Shown in pieces: positions 37,839 through 48,231 of a stretch of DNA of 64,000 nt. A program made the translations under genes and the position numbers. How positions within the stretch are numbered: position 1 is the first letter of the stretch; every line of letters begins with the position of its first letter. The stretch spans positions 1,312,001-1,376,000 of the forward strand of contig CBDCRP010000003.1 in assembly GCA_965221165.1 (NCBI GenBank). The letters are read 5' to 3'. The notes beneath the pieces are model-generated. The model was given only the letters and a program-made list of their open reading frames with translations, had not been told where the DNA came from and did no database searches. The DNA is from a bacterium (lineage in GTDB: Bacteria > UBA8248).

Positions 37839-39145
37839 GCGATCTCGGGGCCGCCCAGGCAAAGACAGGCGTTCTGCCCCCCGAAACCGAAACTATTGGA
37901 GAGGGTCACGCGATGGGCCTGCGCCCTCGTCTCGTTGGGCACGTAGTCGAGGTCGCACTTCGGGTCGCGATTTTGATAGTTGATGGTCGGCAGGATTTCC
38001 GAGCGGCGCATCCCCTCCACGGCCAGAATCGCCTCGATGGCGCCGGCCGCGCCGATGGTGTGGCCGATCATGGATTTATTGGAACTGACGGGTATCCTCT
38101 CCGCATGGGCGCCGAACACTTCCTTGATGGCCCTGGTCTCCGTCGAGTCGTTCTTGGGCGTCGAGGTGCCGTGCGCGTTGATGTATTCGACGCCATCGGG
38201 CGCGACGCCCGCGTCTTCGAGCGCCTTTTTCATGGCGAACACCGCGCCCAGCCCCCTCGGGTGCATGTCGGTGATGCGAAACGCATCCGAGGAATCGCCG
38301 TAGCCGAGCACTTCGCCCAGAATCTCGGCGCCACGGGCGCGCGCGTGCTCGTAGCTCTCGAGTATCATCGCGCCCGCGCCTTCTGACATCACGAAACCGT
38401 TTCGCCTCCTGTCGAAGGGACGAGACGCGCTTTGGGGGGTTTCGTATCTCTCCACCAACGCGGTGAGCAGGACGAACCCGAGAAACCCGACGTAGGTGAT
38501 GGCCGACTCGCAACCACCCGCCACCATGACGTCTGCCTTCGCGTCGCGGATGAGGCGCACCGATTCGCCGATCGCCTGCGCTCCCGCCGCGCAGGCCGAG
38601 CAGATGGAAACCGTGGGACCCCGGCAGTCGAAATCGAGAGCTACGATCGAGGTCGCCACGTCGGATTTTCTTCTGAAAAACGTCATCAGATCATAGACGC
38701 CGCGGCTTTTGAGTTCCTTGATGTCCCACCCGCCCCGCAAAGGGTCTCCGTCCGCGGGCTTCCAGTAGGGAAAGATGCGGAGTAATTCTTCGACCTGGGG
38801 GTGATCGCCGTGGGAGCCGAGCGCGACGCCGACTCGCTTTCTCTCGGAAATTTCGTCGAGACGCGCCATCCGGGCCGCTTGCGATACGGCCACGCGCATC
38901 ATGCGCACGCCTCGGGTGGAGAATTTGTCGAGCCTGCGGCCGCTCCCGTTTTCCCGGGAGGCGAGCCACTCGTCGTCTATCTCACCGGCGATTCGGCAGG
39001 GAAGTTTTTCGGGATCGAAGCGCCGGACCACGTCGATTCCGGAGCGCCCCTCGCGCGCGGCGTCGAACGTGGAGGCGACATCCCCGCCCAGGGGAGTCAT
39101 CGCTCCATATCCGGTAATCACGACCCTTCTGTCGCTACCGGCCAT
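37835..39145 (-). CDS. FabF-type ketosynthase (intact Cys-His-His)
   Basis: CSACAAGAQA, NAHGTST, KSMIGH, NSFGFGGQN. Confidence 0.93.
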   Translation of the reverse strand: MAGSDRRVVITGYGAMTPLGGDVASTFDAAREGRSGIDVVRRFDPEKLPCRIAGEIDDEWLASRENGSGRRLDKFSTRGVRMMRVAVSQAARMARLDEISERKRVGVALGSHGDHPQVEELLRIFPYWKPADGDPLRGGWDIKELKSRGVYDLMTFFRRKSDVATSIVALDFDCRGPTVSICSACAAGAQAIGESVRLIRDAKADVMVAGGCESAITYVGFLGFVLLTALVERYETPQSASRPFDRRRNGFVMSEGAGAMILESYEHARARGAEILGEVLGYGDSSDAFRITDMHPRGLGAVFAMKKALEDAGVAPDGVEYINAHGTSTPKNDSTETRAIKEVFGAHAERIPVSSNKSMIGHTIGAAGAIEAILAVEGMRRSEILPTINYQNRDPKCDLDYVPNETRAQAHRVTLSNSFGFGGQNACLCLGGPEIA

Positions 39146-39188
39146 TCAGGCGTTCTCCCGGTAAGGTTGGCGAGATGAAGAAGCGGCG

Positions 39189-39752
39189 TCAGGAGGAGAA
39201 GAGGCCTCTTTCCTCTTCCACCCGGTTCAACCAGTTCTGGACCACTTCATCCCCGCTGGGCAAAGAGGCGGGTTCGTTCGTCTTCGCGCATACGATGCGC
39301 GTTGCATCCTCGGTCGTCCAATCCGCATCCGCCGGACTTTTCTCGGGCAGGCAGTTCAGCACGTCGCGCACCGCGCCCACCAGCGTTTTCGGCGTAACGA
39401 GGGCCGGAAGCTCATCCACGGGGGTTCCAGGCTCCAGACCCGCAGCCGCTTCGCTTTGGCGCAGCTTCAAGACCTCGACCCCTTTTTCCGTCACCTCGCT
39501 CTCCTCGTTGATGGCCACGCCCTCGCCGAACATCTCCTCCACATGCTCTAAAACGAAATTGCGCGCCATCTTGATGCCGAACACCTGCTCGAGGCGAAAG
39601 TTCACGTCCAGAAAATCGAGAGACAAAACGCCCAGGTCATCCACGAGAGAACTGTCCGGCTCGATGGTTTCCTTATCGATGCCCGTGGTATGGGCAATCG
39701 CCTTTTTCACCTCTTCTAAAATCGTATCGTCCGAAATCAGGTTTTGCGACAT
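39189..39752 (-). CDS. Extended acyl carrier protein
   Basis: Acidic; LVDDLGVLSLDFLDVNFRLEQVFGI ACP signature with conserved Ser; 187 aa. Confidence 0.8.
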   Translation of the reverse strand: MSQNLISDDTILEEVKKAIAHTTGIDKETIEPDSSLVDDLGVLSLDFLDVNFRLEQVFGIKMARNFVLEHVEEMFGEGVAINEESEVTEKGVEVLKLRQSEAAAGLEPGTPVDELPALVTPKTLVGAVRDVLNCLPEKSPADADWTTEDATRIVCAKTNEPASLPSGDEVVQNWLNRVEEERGLFSS

Positions 39753-39889
39753 GGGTTTCCTCTGTACCGATCAGGCGCGCAGCCCATCCTCGCTCATAGG
39801 CGCGCGCGAAAATTCCCCCTCATTCAAGCGTATACAACCAAGGAGAGGAGCGAAAATCAACTGCCTTCGAAGAATCGGTCCTCATTCCA

Positions 39890-40672
39890 TCATCCCGGGG
39901 GGCGGTTCAACCGGTTGCCGAGTCCCCTGTCGACCACGAGGGTTTGCCCCCGGATGGAGCCGGCGCCCGCGCCGGCGAGGAAATAAACGGATTCGGCCAC
40001 CTCCTCGGGCGTCACGAAATAACGCTCCGGCAGTTCGTCCAATTCCGGTTGAATCCTCCGCAGCGTCTTGAACGAATCGGTCTTCACGAGACCCGCGCAG
40101 ACGGCGTTGACCGATATCCCCTTCTCGCCAAAACTCTCCGCCCAATGCCTGACCGCCGCCTCCATGGCCGCCTTCATGGGGCCCAGCGGGTATTCGGGAT
40201 GATAAAAACGACTCCCCAGGCTGGAGATGAACACGACGGCTCCTCCCCGGCGCGAGAGCAGCGGGAGCGCCGCCTGCAAGCAGAAGACGTTGCCCAGAAA
40301 ATTCGTCTCCACCAACAGCTTCAGGTCGCGCTCCAGGAGTTTATCCCACGGCTTGAAGGGTGCGCGCGCCGCGTTCAAGACAAGCACGTCGAGTCGTCCG
40401 AATTCCTCCTCCACCTGCGCGAACATGGTTCTGACGGAATCTTTTTTGGAAATATCCGCAGGCATGGCGACCGCTTGTCCCCCTGCGGCTTCGACCTCGC
40501 CGCAAAGTTCCGCCGCCTTCCGGGAGGAGCCGCCTTTACCATCTCTATGGTTCAGCACCAACCGCGCCCCGGTACGGGCGAAACGCCTCGCAATGGCGGC
40601 GCCGATGCCGCGCGAGCCGCCCGTCACCAAAACCACCTTGTCCTTCATCTCCACCGACTCCGGCGCGTCCAT
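39890..40672 (-). CDS. SDR, FabL-like enoyl-ACP reductase
   Basis: TGGSRGIG, LNAA, SSLGS, YxxxxxxK (YPLGPMK), GQTLVVD. Confidence 0.8.
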   Translation of the reverse strand: MDAPESVEMKDKVVLVTGGSRGIGAAIARRFARTGARLVLNHRDGKGGSSRKAAELCGEVEAAGGQAVAMPADISKKDSVRTMFAQVEEEFGRLDVLVLNAARAPFKPWDKLLERDLKLLVETNFLGNVFCLQAALPLLSRRGGAVVFISSLGSRFYHPEYPLGPMKAAMEAAVRHWAESFGEKGISVNAVCAGLVKTDSFKTLRRIQPELDELPERYFVTPEEVAESVYFLAGAGAGSIRGQTLVVDRGLGNRLNRPPG

Positions 40673-40926
40673 AGCCCGTCCCTCACGCCCAACCCGTATT
40701 CGGCACGCTCGCCCCGCGAACATCCAAAAGCGGGAAAACGCCTTTTCCCTCGCCGGGAAACGCCGCAGGTTTTCAGGCTGAAAATTTATATCCCACAGAC
40801 GCGTCATCATCAAACGCCGCGCGATAAACCTCGAAATAAAGGATTGAATCCCCAACCGAGACCCCATACAATGATAACCTTGTTTTTCACCTGAGAGTTA
40901 CAACGCGGTGCAGGGGGGGTAACCAA

Positions 40927-41814
40927 ATGGAATATCTCGATATCAAGGAAACGCCGAGCCTCAGAGACCCCGCTCTCCTCATGGCTTTTGCGGGCTGGAA
41001 TGACGCCAGCAGCGCAGCCACGACCGCCGCGAGCTTCATCACCGAGGAAATGGGGGGGATGGAATTCGCCCGCATCGACTCCGATCCGTTCTACAATTTT
41101 CAGGACATGCGTCCCCACGTCAGCCTCGATGAGAACAGCCGCCGAAAAATCACATGGCCCTCGAACCGGTTCTACGCATGCGAGACGCCGAATCTCGACC
41201 ACGACGTGGTGGTGTTCCTGGGCGTAGAGCCTCACCTGCAATGGGAGCGCTTCTCCAAAATCATCCTGTCCATGGTGCGCGAGTGCGAGGTGCGGATGGC
41301 CGTGACGGTGGGCGCCCTGCTCGCCGACGTCTATCACCGGAGCAGGGTACGGATCACCGGAACCTCGACGAACCCGGACCTCACCTCGCAACTAGGGCTC
41401 AAGCCCTCGCGCTATGAGGGACCCACCGGAATCGTCGGCGTGCTGAACAATCTGTTCCGCGATGAAAATCTGCCGGCCGTCAGCGTCTGGGCGAACGTGC
41501 CCCACTACGTGAACGTATCGCCCAACCCGAAAGCGGCGCTCGCCCTGTTGGAGCGGCTCAGCGATTTGCTCTCCTATCCCCTCAATCTCTCGGAACTCGA
41601 GGCGGGCGCGCATGAATTCGAGGAGAAAGTCGACGAGGCGCTGGAGAAAAACAAATCGGTACGAGACTACGTGGAGCAACTCAAGCTCAGAGACGACGGC
41701 GCCGATGAGGAAACCCAGCCGGGCGAACTTCCCTCGGGAGAAGATTTGGCCAAGGAACTGGAACGCTTCCTCAGAAACCGCGGCGCCGATGAGGAAGCGC
41801 CCGAAGAAGAATAG
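40927..41814 (+). CDS. PAC2 (proteasome assembly chaperone) family protein
   Basis: AFAGWNDA, RPHV, EPHLQW, YEGPTGIVGVL, WANVPHY, PNPKA. Confidence 0.9.
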   Translation: MEYLDIKETPSLRDPALLMAFAGWNDASSAATTAASFITEEMGGMEFARIDSDPFYNFQDMRPHVSLDENSRRKITWPSNRFYACETPNLDHDVVVFLGVEPHLQWERFSKIILSMVRECEVRMAVTVGALLADVYHRSRVRITGTSTNPDLTSQLGLKPSRYEGPTGIVGVLNNLFRDENLPAVSVWANVPHYVNVSPNPKAALALLERLSDLLSYPLNLSELEAGAHEFEEKVDEALEKNKSVRDYVEQLKLRDDGADEETQPGELPSGEDLAKELERFLRNRGADEEAPEEE

Positions 41815-41899
41815 ACGAAAACATCAACAGCTCCCATAAAATTCATGGGGCCGCTCCGTTTCGCCGGCCGGCGGCTCCGAAGAGTCGAGCGAAGCGCTC

Positions 41900-42487
41900 C
41901 TAAACAGACCTCCAGCGATTCAGAGTCGCCTCTCTCACCAAATTCCTGAGACCCACCGCATCCACCGGCTTCGAGAGGCAATACGCCGCGCCCATGTCCA
42001 GAATGCGCTTGCGCTCGTCCCCGTCGGCGCCGCCGCCGAGCGCGAGGACGAACGTGTCACCGCCCGTGTTGCTCTGCTTGATCTGACGACACACATCGAA
42101 ACCATCCACACCGGAATGGTTCAGGTCGAGTATCACCACATCCGGATGCGAGTCGGAGTAAAGGACTCCCGCGCGAAACCCGTCGTGCGCCACCTGAACC
42201 TCATAGCCCGGATTGCCGAACAGCAACGCTCCCTTGAGAGAGTCGGCGAGGCCTTCGTCGCCGTTCACGATGAGGACCTTGGGAGCCCCCCCTTTTTCCG
42301 GGAAAGGGTGGGGCATGTTGCGTGATTCCAGAAAGGCGAGGAGCGCCTCTTTGCGAACCCTCCTGTGCCCTCCGGGCGTTCGGTATGCGCGCAGCCAGCC
42401 CTTGTCTATCCAGTTTTGAATCGTGACCGGCGTGACCTCGCACACTTCCGCCACTTCGAACGTAGTGAATACCTTTTTGTTGGACAA
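41900..42487 (-). CDS. Response regulator with N-terminal excisionase/MerR-like HTH
   Basis: FTTFEVA...WIDKG..RTPGGHRR, then receiver domain PDVVILDL, SKP; TTG start with SD. Confidence 0.85.
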   Translation of the reverse strand: MSNKKVFTTFEVAEVCEVTPVTIQNWIDKGWLRAYRTPGGHRRVRKEALLAFLESRNMPHPFPEKGGAPKVLIVNGDEGLADSLKGALLFGNPGYEVQVAHDGFRAGVLYSDSHPDVVILDLNHSGVDGFDVCRQIKQSNTGGDTFVLALGGGADGDERKRILDMGAAYCLSKPVDAVGLRNLVREATLNRWRSV

Positions 42488-42788
42488 CTTCCCCTCGCTG
42501 GACAATGTCCGCCCCCGTCGTCGTGTAGGATATGAAGCAGCATTCACCTAATGTGCGTGAGAGATGCGAAAAATTTCGATAGCAATATGTCGCACATTGC
42601 TCCCCGCATTTCAACCAAAGCGCGCCATCCGGATGGCTTGAGAATGCCGCCTGAACGGGATGAGGTTCGAGGGCATTGAATTTTAAGAGCCTCGCCATAT
42701 ATTCTTGACCCCATGCGGCGGCGCAAAGCAGGTTCGAGGAGAAGCGCGCCGTCCGGAGAAAATGAAAAAAACCACGGGATGAGCGAAT

Positions 42789-43238
42789 ATGAGAGCCGTT
42801 GTCCAGCGCACGCGTGAAGCAAGCGTCCGGGTAAACTCGGAGGTGGTCGGAGAAATTCGGGGCGGACTCCTCGTTTTTCTGGGGGTCGGGCGCGAGGATA
42901 GTGAAAAAGACGCCGATTTCCTCGCCGAGAAAATCACCCACTTGAGGATATTCCAGGATGAGGCGCAGAAAATGAACCTCTCGCTTCTCGACTCGGGCGG
43001 AGCGATGCTCGTCGTCAGCCAGTTCACCCTGCACGGTGATTGCAGAAAAGGGAGACGTCCCAGCTTCGTCGCCGCGGCCCCGCCCGGGGAGGCCGTACCT
43101 CTCTATGAGCGCTTTATCGCGCGAGTCGAAAAACTGGGGGTTCCTGTCGCCGCGGGCCGCTTCGGCGCGATGATGGAGGTGGAAATCGTGAACGACGGAC
43201 CCGTCACCCTGCTGCTCGATACGAGAGGCGCGTTTTGA
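42789..43238 (+). CDS. dtd: D-aminoacyl-tRNA deacylase
   Basis: MRAVVQR, VSQFTL, KGRRPSF, NDGPVT. Confidence 0.97.
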   Translation: MRAVVQRTREASVRVNSEVVGEIRGGLLVFLGVGREDSEKDADFLAEKITHLRIFQDEAQKMNLSLLDSGGAMLVVSQFTLHGDCRKGRRPSFVAAAPPGEAVPLYERFIARVEKLGVPVAAGRFGAMMEVEIVNDGPVTLLLDTRGAF

Positions 43239-44203
43239 TGACGCCGGGAGACGTGCGCCTCCTCAGGAACAAGCTCGACGCGCTCGCCCGCACCTACCAC
43301 GACGCCTATCTCGCCACCGATCCGCTCGGGATCGCGCACGGCTTCGAGGGCGAGCGGAATCGCGAGGTCGCAGCGTTTCTGAGCGCATCGCTGGCCTTCG
43401 GCAACGCCGCCGCCATACGGATGAGCGTCAAGCGCGTCATGGAGCGGCTCGGCCCCCAGCCGGCGATCGCGCTACGGCGCTATGGTCCCGAGAAAGGCGC
43501 CTCCCTCTTCGAGGGCCTCTACCACCGATGGGTGGGGCCGGAGGCCATCGGGCTCCTCGCCGGGGCGATCGGCGAGGCGCTCAACAACGAGGGCTCGCTC
43601 GAAGCCCTGTTTCTCAAGGGCTATCGTCCAGATGAGGAGACCCTCCAGGGGGCGCTCAAAAGGTTCAGGGATCGCCTGCTCCGCTCCCTCCCGAAGGCGC
43701 GCAGGAGCGCGCGGGTCGAGCGCGGCATCCACTACCTGCTGCCGGACCCGGGGGGCGGAAGCGCGTGCAAGCGGCTCCACCTGTTTCTCCGCTGGATGGT
43801 GCGGCCCGCCGACGGTCTGGACCTGGGGCTCTGGAAAGGGCCCAAAACACACCAGCTCATCATACCGCTCGACACCCACATCGCGCGCATCGGGCGTCTT
43901 TTGGGCCTCACCGACAGGAAGACGCCGGACCTCAAAATGGCGCTCGAGATCACCAAAAATCTAAAGCGCATCGACCCCGAGGACCCGGTACGCTACGATT
44001 TCGCCATCTCGCGGATGGGCATTCTCAAGCATTGCCCGAGCAAGAGAAACGTAAAACTCTGCGCGGGCTGCCCCTTGCAGGACGCCTGCCGCTTCTGGCG
44101 GCGTCTTCCCCGACGCAGAAAAGACGCTGCGCTGCGCGCGCGGATGACGCCCAAGAGCGGTTGCCGCAGCGCATACCCTGGGATACCTTGCCACCGGGGC
44201 TGA
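43235..44203 (+). CDS. TIGR02757/DUF2400 family protein (HhH-GPD-like, C-terminal Fe-S motif)
   Basis: [29 protein letters not shown]-x6-8-CxxC-x5-C. Confidence 0.88.
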   Translation: MMTPGDVRLLRNKLDALARTYHDAYLATDPLGIAHGFEGERNREVAAFLSASLAFGNAAAIRMSVKRVMERLGPQPAIALRRYGPEKGASLFEGLYHRWVGPEAIGLLAGAIGEALNNEGSLEALFLKGYRPDEETLQGALKRFRDRLLRSLPKARRSARVERGIHYLLPDPGGGSACKRLHLFLRWMVRPADGLDLGLWKGPKTHQLIIPLDTHIARIGRLLGLTDRKTPDLKMALEITKNLKRIDPEDPVRYDFAISRMGILKHCPSKRNVKLCAGCPLQDACRFWRRLPRRRKDAALRARMTPKSGCRSAYPGIPCHRG

Positions 44204-44220
44204 ATCGGGAGATTTATCAC

Positions 44221-45126
44221 GTGTCGACGAACATTAAGCGCATCGCATTGACCGCATGGGCGGACGCGCAAAAAAACCCGCTCGACTTCACCAGGCTCAC
44301 CGCCTGGCTGAAAGAGAGAGGCTTCGAGGTTCATCTCGATCTGGATACGGCCGAGATGGCGGGAGAGAAACCAGGCCTGGCGCGCGAGGAGGTCGTCAGG
44401 CGCGCCGATTTGGTCATCGTCTTCGGCGGCGACGGCTCCATGCTGCGCACCGCCCACAACATCGGGGAGGAATCTCCCCTCCTTCTGGGCATCAACACGG
44501 GCCATCTGGGTTTTCTGGCCGACATCCCCCAGGCAGAACTCTACCCGGCGCTGGAGAGGATACTGCTCAACGGGGAATTTTCCACCGAATCGCGGATGCG
44601 GCTCGGCGCTTCGGTGCGCAAAAACGGGGGCGCGCCGCCTTCGCTGTCCGATTCGCTGAACGACATCGTGCTCACCACCGGACCCCTGGCGCGCATGGTC
44701 GAATACGAGATCCAGATGGAAGACCGCCACCTCGGCTATTTCCGCGCGGACGGCCTCATCATCGCCACGCCCACCGGCTCCACGGCCTACTCTCTCTCCG
44801 CGGGCGGGCCGCTCGTGCTGCCCGATCTGAACGTGATACTCATCAACCCGATATGCCCGCACACGCTCAGCAACCGGCCCATCGTCGTCCCCGCCGAGGC
44901 GGAACTGGAAATCACCATCTTCCCGGACACCGAGGCGGAAGGCCGGGAGGTTCTCCTCACGCTCGACGGCTTTCCCGGATGCGGACTCGAGGCGGGCGAT
45001 TCGGTGAAGATCAAAAAGAGCCGGACCCCCGTGCGGATCATACGCCCCCAGGGGGCGGATTTCTTTCAAACCCTGCGGGAGAAACTCCTGTGGGAGACCC
45101 ACCCGCGCGGCGGGCGGAAAACGTAA
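44221..45126 (+). CDS. nadK: NAD+ kinase
   Basis: GGDGSML, GHLGFL, LND, DGLIIATPTGSTAYSLSAGGP; precedes recN; GTG start at 44221. Confidence 0.95.
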   Translation: MSTNIKRIALTAWADAQKNPLDFTRLTAWLKERGFEVHLDLDTAEMAGEKPGLAREEVVRRADLVIVFGGDGSMLRTAHNIGEESPLLLGINTGHLGFLADIPQAELYPALERILLNGEFSTESRMRLGASVRKNGGAPPSLSDSLNDIVLTTGPLARMVEYEIQMEDRHLGYFRADGLIIATPTGSTAYSLSAGGPLVLPDLNVILINPICPHTLSNRPIVVPAEAELEITIFPDTEAEGREVLLTLDGFPGCGLEAGDSVKIKKSRTPVRIIRPQGADFFQTLREKLLWETHPRGGRKT

Positions 45127-45133
45127 AAACGCC

Positions 45134-46849
45134 ATGCTCCGCCTCCTCAAGATCACGAATTTCGCCATCATCGACGACCTGGAAATCGCCTTCGGCCCGG
45201 GCCTGAACGTCCTGACGGGCGAGACGGGCGCGGGCAAATCCATCATCTTCGACGCCCTGAACCTCACACTGGGCGCGCGGGCGCGGGGCGACCTCGTTCG
45301 CACGGGCGCCAAAGAGGCCGTCGTCGAATCCGTCTTCGAGATACCCGGCACCGCCGGCGGTCTCGCGGCCCGCTCCCTGCTCGATGAAGCGGGCGTGGAA
45401 ATCGAGGATGACGGCGAACTCATCGTGCGGCGCAGGGTCGCGGAGGCGGGCAGAAGCCGTATCTACTTAAACGGCGTCCTCGGCACGGCGTCCCTGCTAT
45501 CCCAGGTAGGCGAGCGCCTCGTGAACATCCACGGCCAGCACGCGCACCAGAGCCTCCTTCGCTCCGCCGGCCATCTGGGGCTTCTGGATGATTTCGCGGA
45601 AACGAGCGGGCGAAGAGCCGCGCTGGGCGAACTGGTGCGCGAACTCAAAACCGCTGAAGAGAAGCTCCGCGCGCACCGCGAGGGTGTGCGCGAGCGCGCC
45701 CAAAGGGCGGATCTCCTCCGCTTTCAGGTGGAAGAACTCGAAAAAGCCGCTCTGCGTCCTGGAGAGCTTGCGGAGATCGAGAGCGAACTCCCGAGGCTCA
45801 GAAACGCCGGCCGTCTGAGAGAAGGCGCCGCCTCACTTTATGAGCGGCTCTATGAGGCGGAAGGCGCGGTCGTCGAAAAAACGGGCGAAATTCACCGCGA
45901 ACTCGAAGGCATGGCCGTTCTGGATGAATCCCTGCGCCCGCTTCTGGAGGAAGCCGCATCCGCCCAGGCGCAACTGGAGACTTTAGCGGATTCCCTGCGC
46001 GACTACACGGAAGGGATAGCGCACGACCCCGGCCTCCTGGAGGAACTCGAAGAGAGGCGCGCGCTGGTTCGCGAGATGATCAGAAAATACGGGAGCGATG
46101 AGGCGGAATGCCTCGCGTTTTTAGACGATTGCAGGAATCGGCTCACCGTGATCTCGGACGAGGAAGGAACCGAAGCGCGCCTCACGGATGCGCGCGACGC
46201 GCTTGGAACGGAACTCTCGAAAATCGCACTCGCACTATCCGAAGAGAGAAAAAACGCGGCCAAGAACCTCGATGCGCGCATGGAAGAAGCCCTGGGCGAA
46301 CTGGGTCTTGTCGGAGCGAGATTCCAGACGCTGCTCACGCATCAGGACGACCCCGAGGGCTTTATCGAGGTGGAGGGGCGCGCGGTCGCCGTTCGCGCCG
46401 ATGGCATAGACCGCGCCCAGTTCCACTTCTCGCCCAACCCCGGTGAGGCGCCCAGGCCTTTGAGCCGGACGGCCTCCGGCGGCGAACTCTCGCGGCTGAT
46501 GCTGGCCCTGGAATCGACTTTAAGACGCTCAGACCTCATTCCGACTCTCATTTTCGACGAGGTGGACGCCGGCATCGGCGGGGCCGTGGCCGAGGTGGTG
46601 GGAAGAAAACTCAAAGGGGTGTCGGAAAGCCACCAGGTGCTCGTCGTCACCCACCTGCCGCAAGTCGCCAGCCTGGGCGCGCGCCATTTCCGGGTCGAAA
46701 AACACGTCGTAGACGAACGCACGGCGTCGCGCGTCGAGGTTCTCGACGATGGCGCCAGGGTAGAGGAAATCGCCCGCATGGGAGCGGGGCTCGAGGTCAC
46801 CGACGCAGCCCGCGAACACGCGCGGGAGATGCTGGGAAAGGCGGGGTGA
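45134..46849 (+). CDS. recN: DNA repair protein RecN
   Basis: TGETGAGKS, IHGQH, ASGGELSR, FDEVDAGIGG, VTHLPQVA. Confidence 0.97.
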   Translation: MLRLLKITNFAIIDDLEIAFGPGLNVLTGETGAGKSIIFDALNLTLGARARGDLVRTGAKEAVVESVFEIPGTAGGLAARSLLDEAGVEIEDDGELIVRRRVAEAGRSRIYLNGVLGTASLLSQVGERLVNIHGQHAHQSLLRSAGHLGLLDDFAETSGRRAALGELVRELKTAEEKLRAHREGVRERAQRADLLRFQVEELEKAALRPGELAEIESELPRLRNAGRLREGAASLYERLYEAEGAVVEKTGEIHRELEGMAVLDESLRPLLEEAASAQAQLETLADSLRDYTEGIAHDPGLLEELEERRALVREMIRKYGSDEAECLAFLDDCRNRLTVISDEEGTEARLTDARDALGTELSKIALALSEERKNAAKNLDARMEEALGELGLVGARFQTLLTHQDDPEGFIEVEGRAVAVRADGIDRAQFHFSPNPGEAPRPLSRTASGGELSRLMLALESTLRRSDLIPTLIFDEVDAGIGGAVAEVVGRKLKGVSESHQVLVVTHLPQVASLGARHFRVEKHVVDERTASRVEVLDDGARVEEIARMGAGLEVTDAAREHAREMLGKAG

Positions 46850-46910
46850 GAAGGGCTGATTCACCATAGGTGTAGCCCCGTGCCCCTCCTCATCGCGCCC
46901 GGTCCGACAT

Positions 46911-46938
46911 GGGACAACCACAGGGGGTTGCGCTTACG
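46911..46938 (-). repeat. Degenerate GTAG-type REP
   Basis: GGGACAACCACAGGGGGTTGCGCTTACG resembles 48232-48259; lies between convergent genes. Confidence 0.6.
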
Positions 46939-46991
46939 TTTTTCAACAGAAGGTGGGCGGCTCCGATCTTGAAAAGATAGAAAGAAATTGT

Positions 46992-48200
46992 CTAGGCCGG
47001 TATTCCGTCGCGCGCGGAGAGCGTCGTGACGCCGCCTGCGCTCAGTGAATCCGAATACCGGAGGCCCGAGCCCGTGTTCATCAAGAGCACGCGCTCACCC
47101 GAGTGAACGACGCCGGCCTCGATGGCGCGCTTGAGACCCGCCAGTGTGGTGGCCCCCTCGGGACAGGCCAGAATCCCCTCGTGACGCGCCAACTCCTCCA
47201 CGGCGAGAAGCGTTTCTTCTTTATGGACGGCGACCGCGGAGCCGTTCGTCACCCGAATCAGCCTGAGCACATGGAGGCCTCCCGCGGGGTTTGGCGATTT
47301 CAGGCCACCCGGGATGATGTCGATCTCCCCCCAGGTCTCCACGTGCTCCTCTCCGCGCTCGAAGGCGCGCACGATGGGCGCGCACCCCTTATATTGGGTC
47401 ACCACGAGCCTGGGGTCCGGGCCTTCCACCCAGCCCAACTCGCGGAGTTCCGCTATCGCCTTGTAAATCGCCACGACGCCCAGCCCCCCGCCCGTGGGAT
47501 AGAAGATGACGTCGGGCAACTTCCAGCCCAACTGCTCGCAGATTTCCAGGCCCATGGTCTTTTTTCCCTCGACCCGGTAGGGCTCGCGCATCGTGTTCAC
47601 GTAGTGCCACCCGTTCGCGCGGGCGGCCTCGAAAACCATGCGCCCCGATTCCGCCCAGTGGCCGTCGAGCGTGAAGACGCGCGCGCCGAAAAGAGCGCAT
47701 TGGCGCACCGCGCCCGCCGGGGCGTCATGGGGCAGCAAAACGGTGCATTCCATTCCCGCCCGCGCCGCATAGGAGGCCCACGCCACGCCCGCGTTTCCCG
47801 AACTGTTCAACACCACGTGCGCAGCCCCCAACTCGCGCGCCCGGCTCAAGGCCACGCTCGCGCCGCGATCCTTGAACGTCCCCGTGGGATTCACGCCCTC
47901 GTTCTTCACCCACAGCGCGTCGAGGCCGAGCGCACGCCCGAGCCGCTCCGCATGGTGGAGGGGCGTCCAGCCCTCGTTCTGGGAGACGGCGTTTTCCGCC
48001 TCCGCCACCGGCAAAAAGGGCGCATAGCGCCAGAGCGTCGCCGGGCCTGCGCTTATCTGATCCTTCGTCACCTCACTTTTGAGCCTCGCCACGTCGTAGC
48101 ACGCGAACAAACACCCCCCGCAGGAGCAGATGTTCACGAGCGCATCCGCCGCGTGCGTTCGCCCGCAATCGGTGCATACCAGATGGGATAAGTAGGACAT
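46992..48200 (-). CDS. thrC: Threonine synthase-like PLP enzyme
   Basis: LWRY, EGWTPL, NPTGTFKDRG, SSGNAG, EGKKTMG, PTGGG. Confidence 0.82.
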   Translation of the reverse strand: MSYLSHLVCTDCGRTHAADALVNICSCGGCLFACYDVARLKSEVTKDQISAGPATLWRYAPFLPVAEAENAVSQNEGWTPLHHAERLGRALGLDALWVKNEGVNPTGTFKDRGASVALSRARELGAAHVVLNSSGNAGVAWASYAARAGMECTVLLPHDAPAGAVRQCALFGARVFTLDGHWAESGRMVFEAARANGWHYVNTMREPYRVEGKKTMGLEICEQLGWKLPDVIFYPTGGGLGVVAIYKAIAELRELGWVEGPDPRLVVTQYKGCAPIVRAFERGEEHVETWGEIDIIPGGLKSPNPAGGLHVLRLIRVTNGSAVAVHKEETLLAVEELARHEGILACPEGATTLAGLKRAIEAGVVHSGERVLLMNTGSGLRYSDSLSAGGVTTLSARDGIPA

Positions 48201-48231
48201 GGCCGCTGCTCCTAGGAGACTGCTCCGAGAA

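Noticed and set aside
41900-42487. Excisionase-like HTH as a prophage sign
   Set aside because: It is fused to a receiver domain, a common regulator architecture, and no phage genes are nearby.
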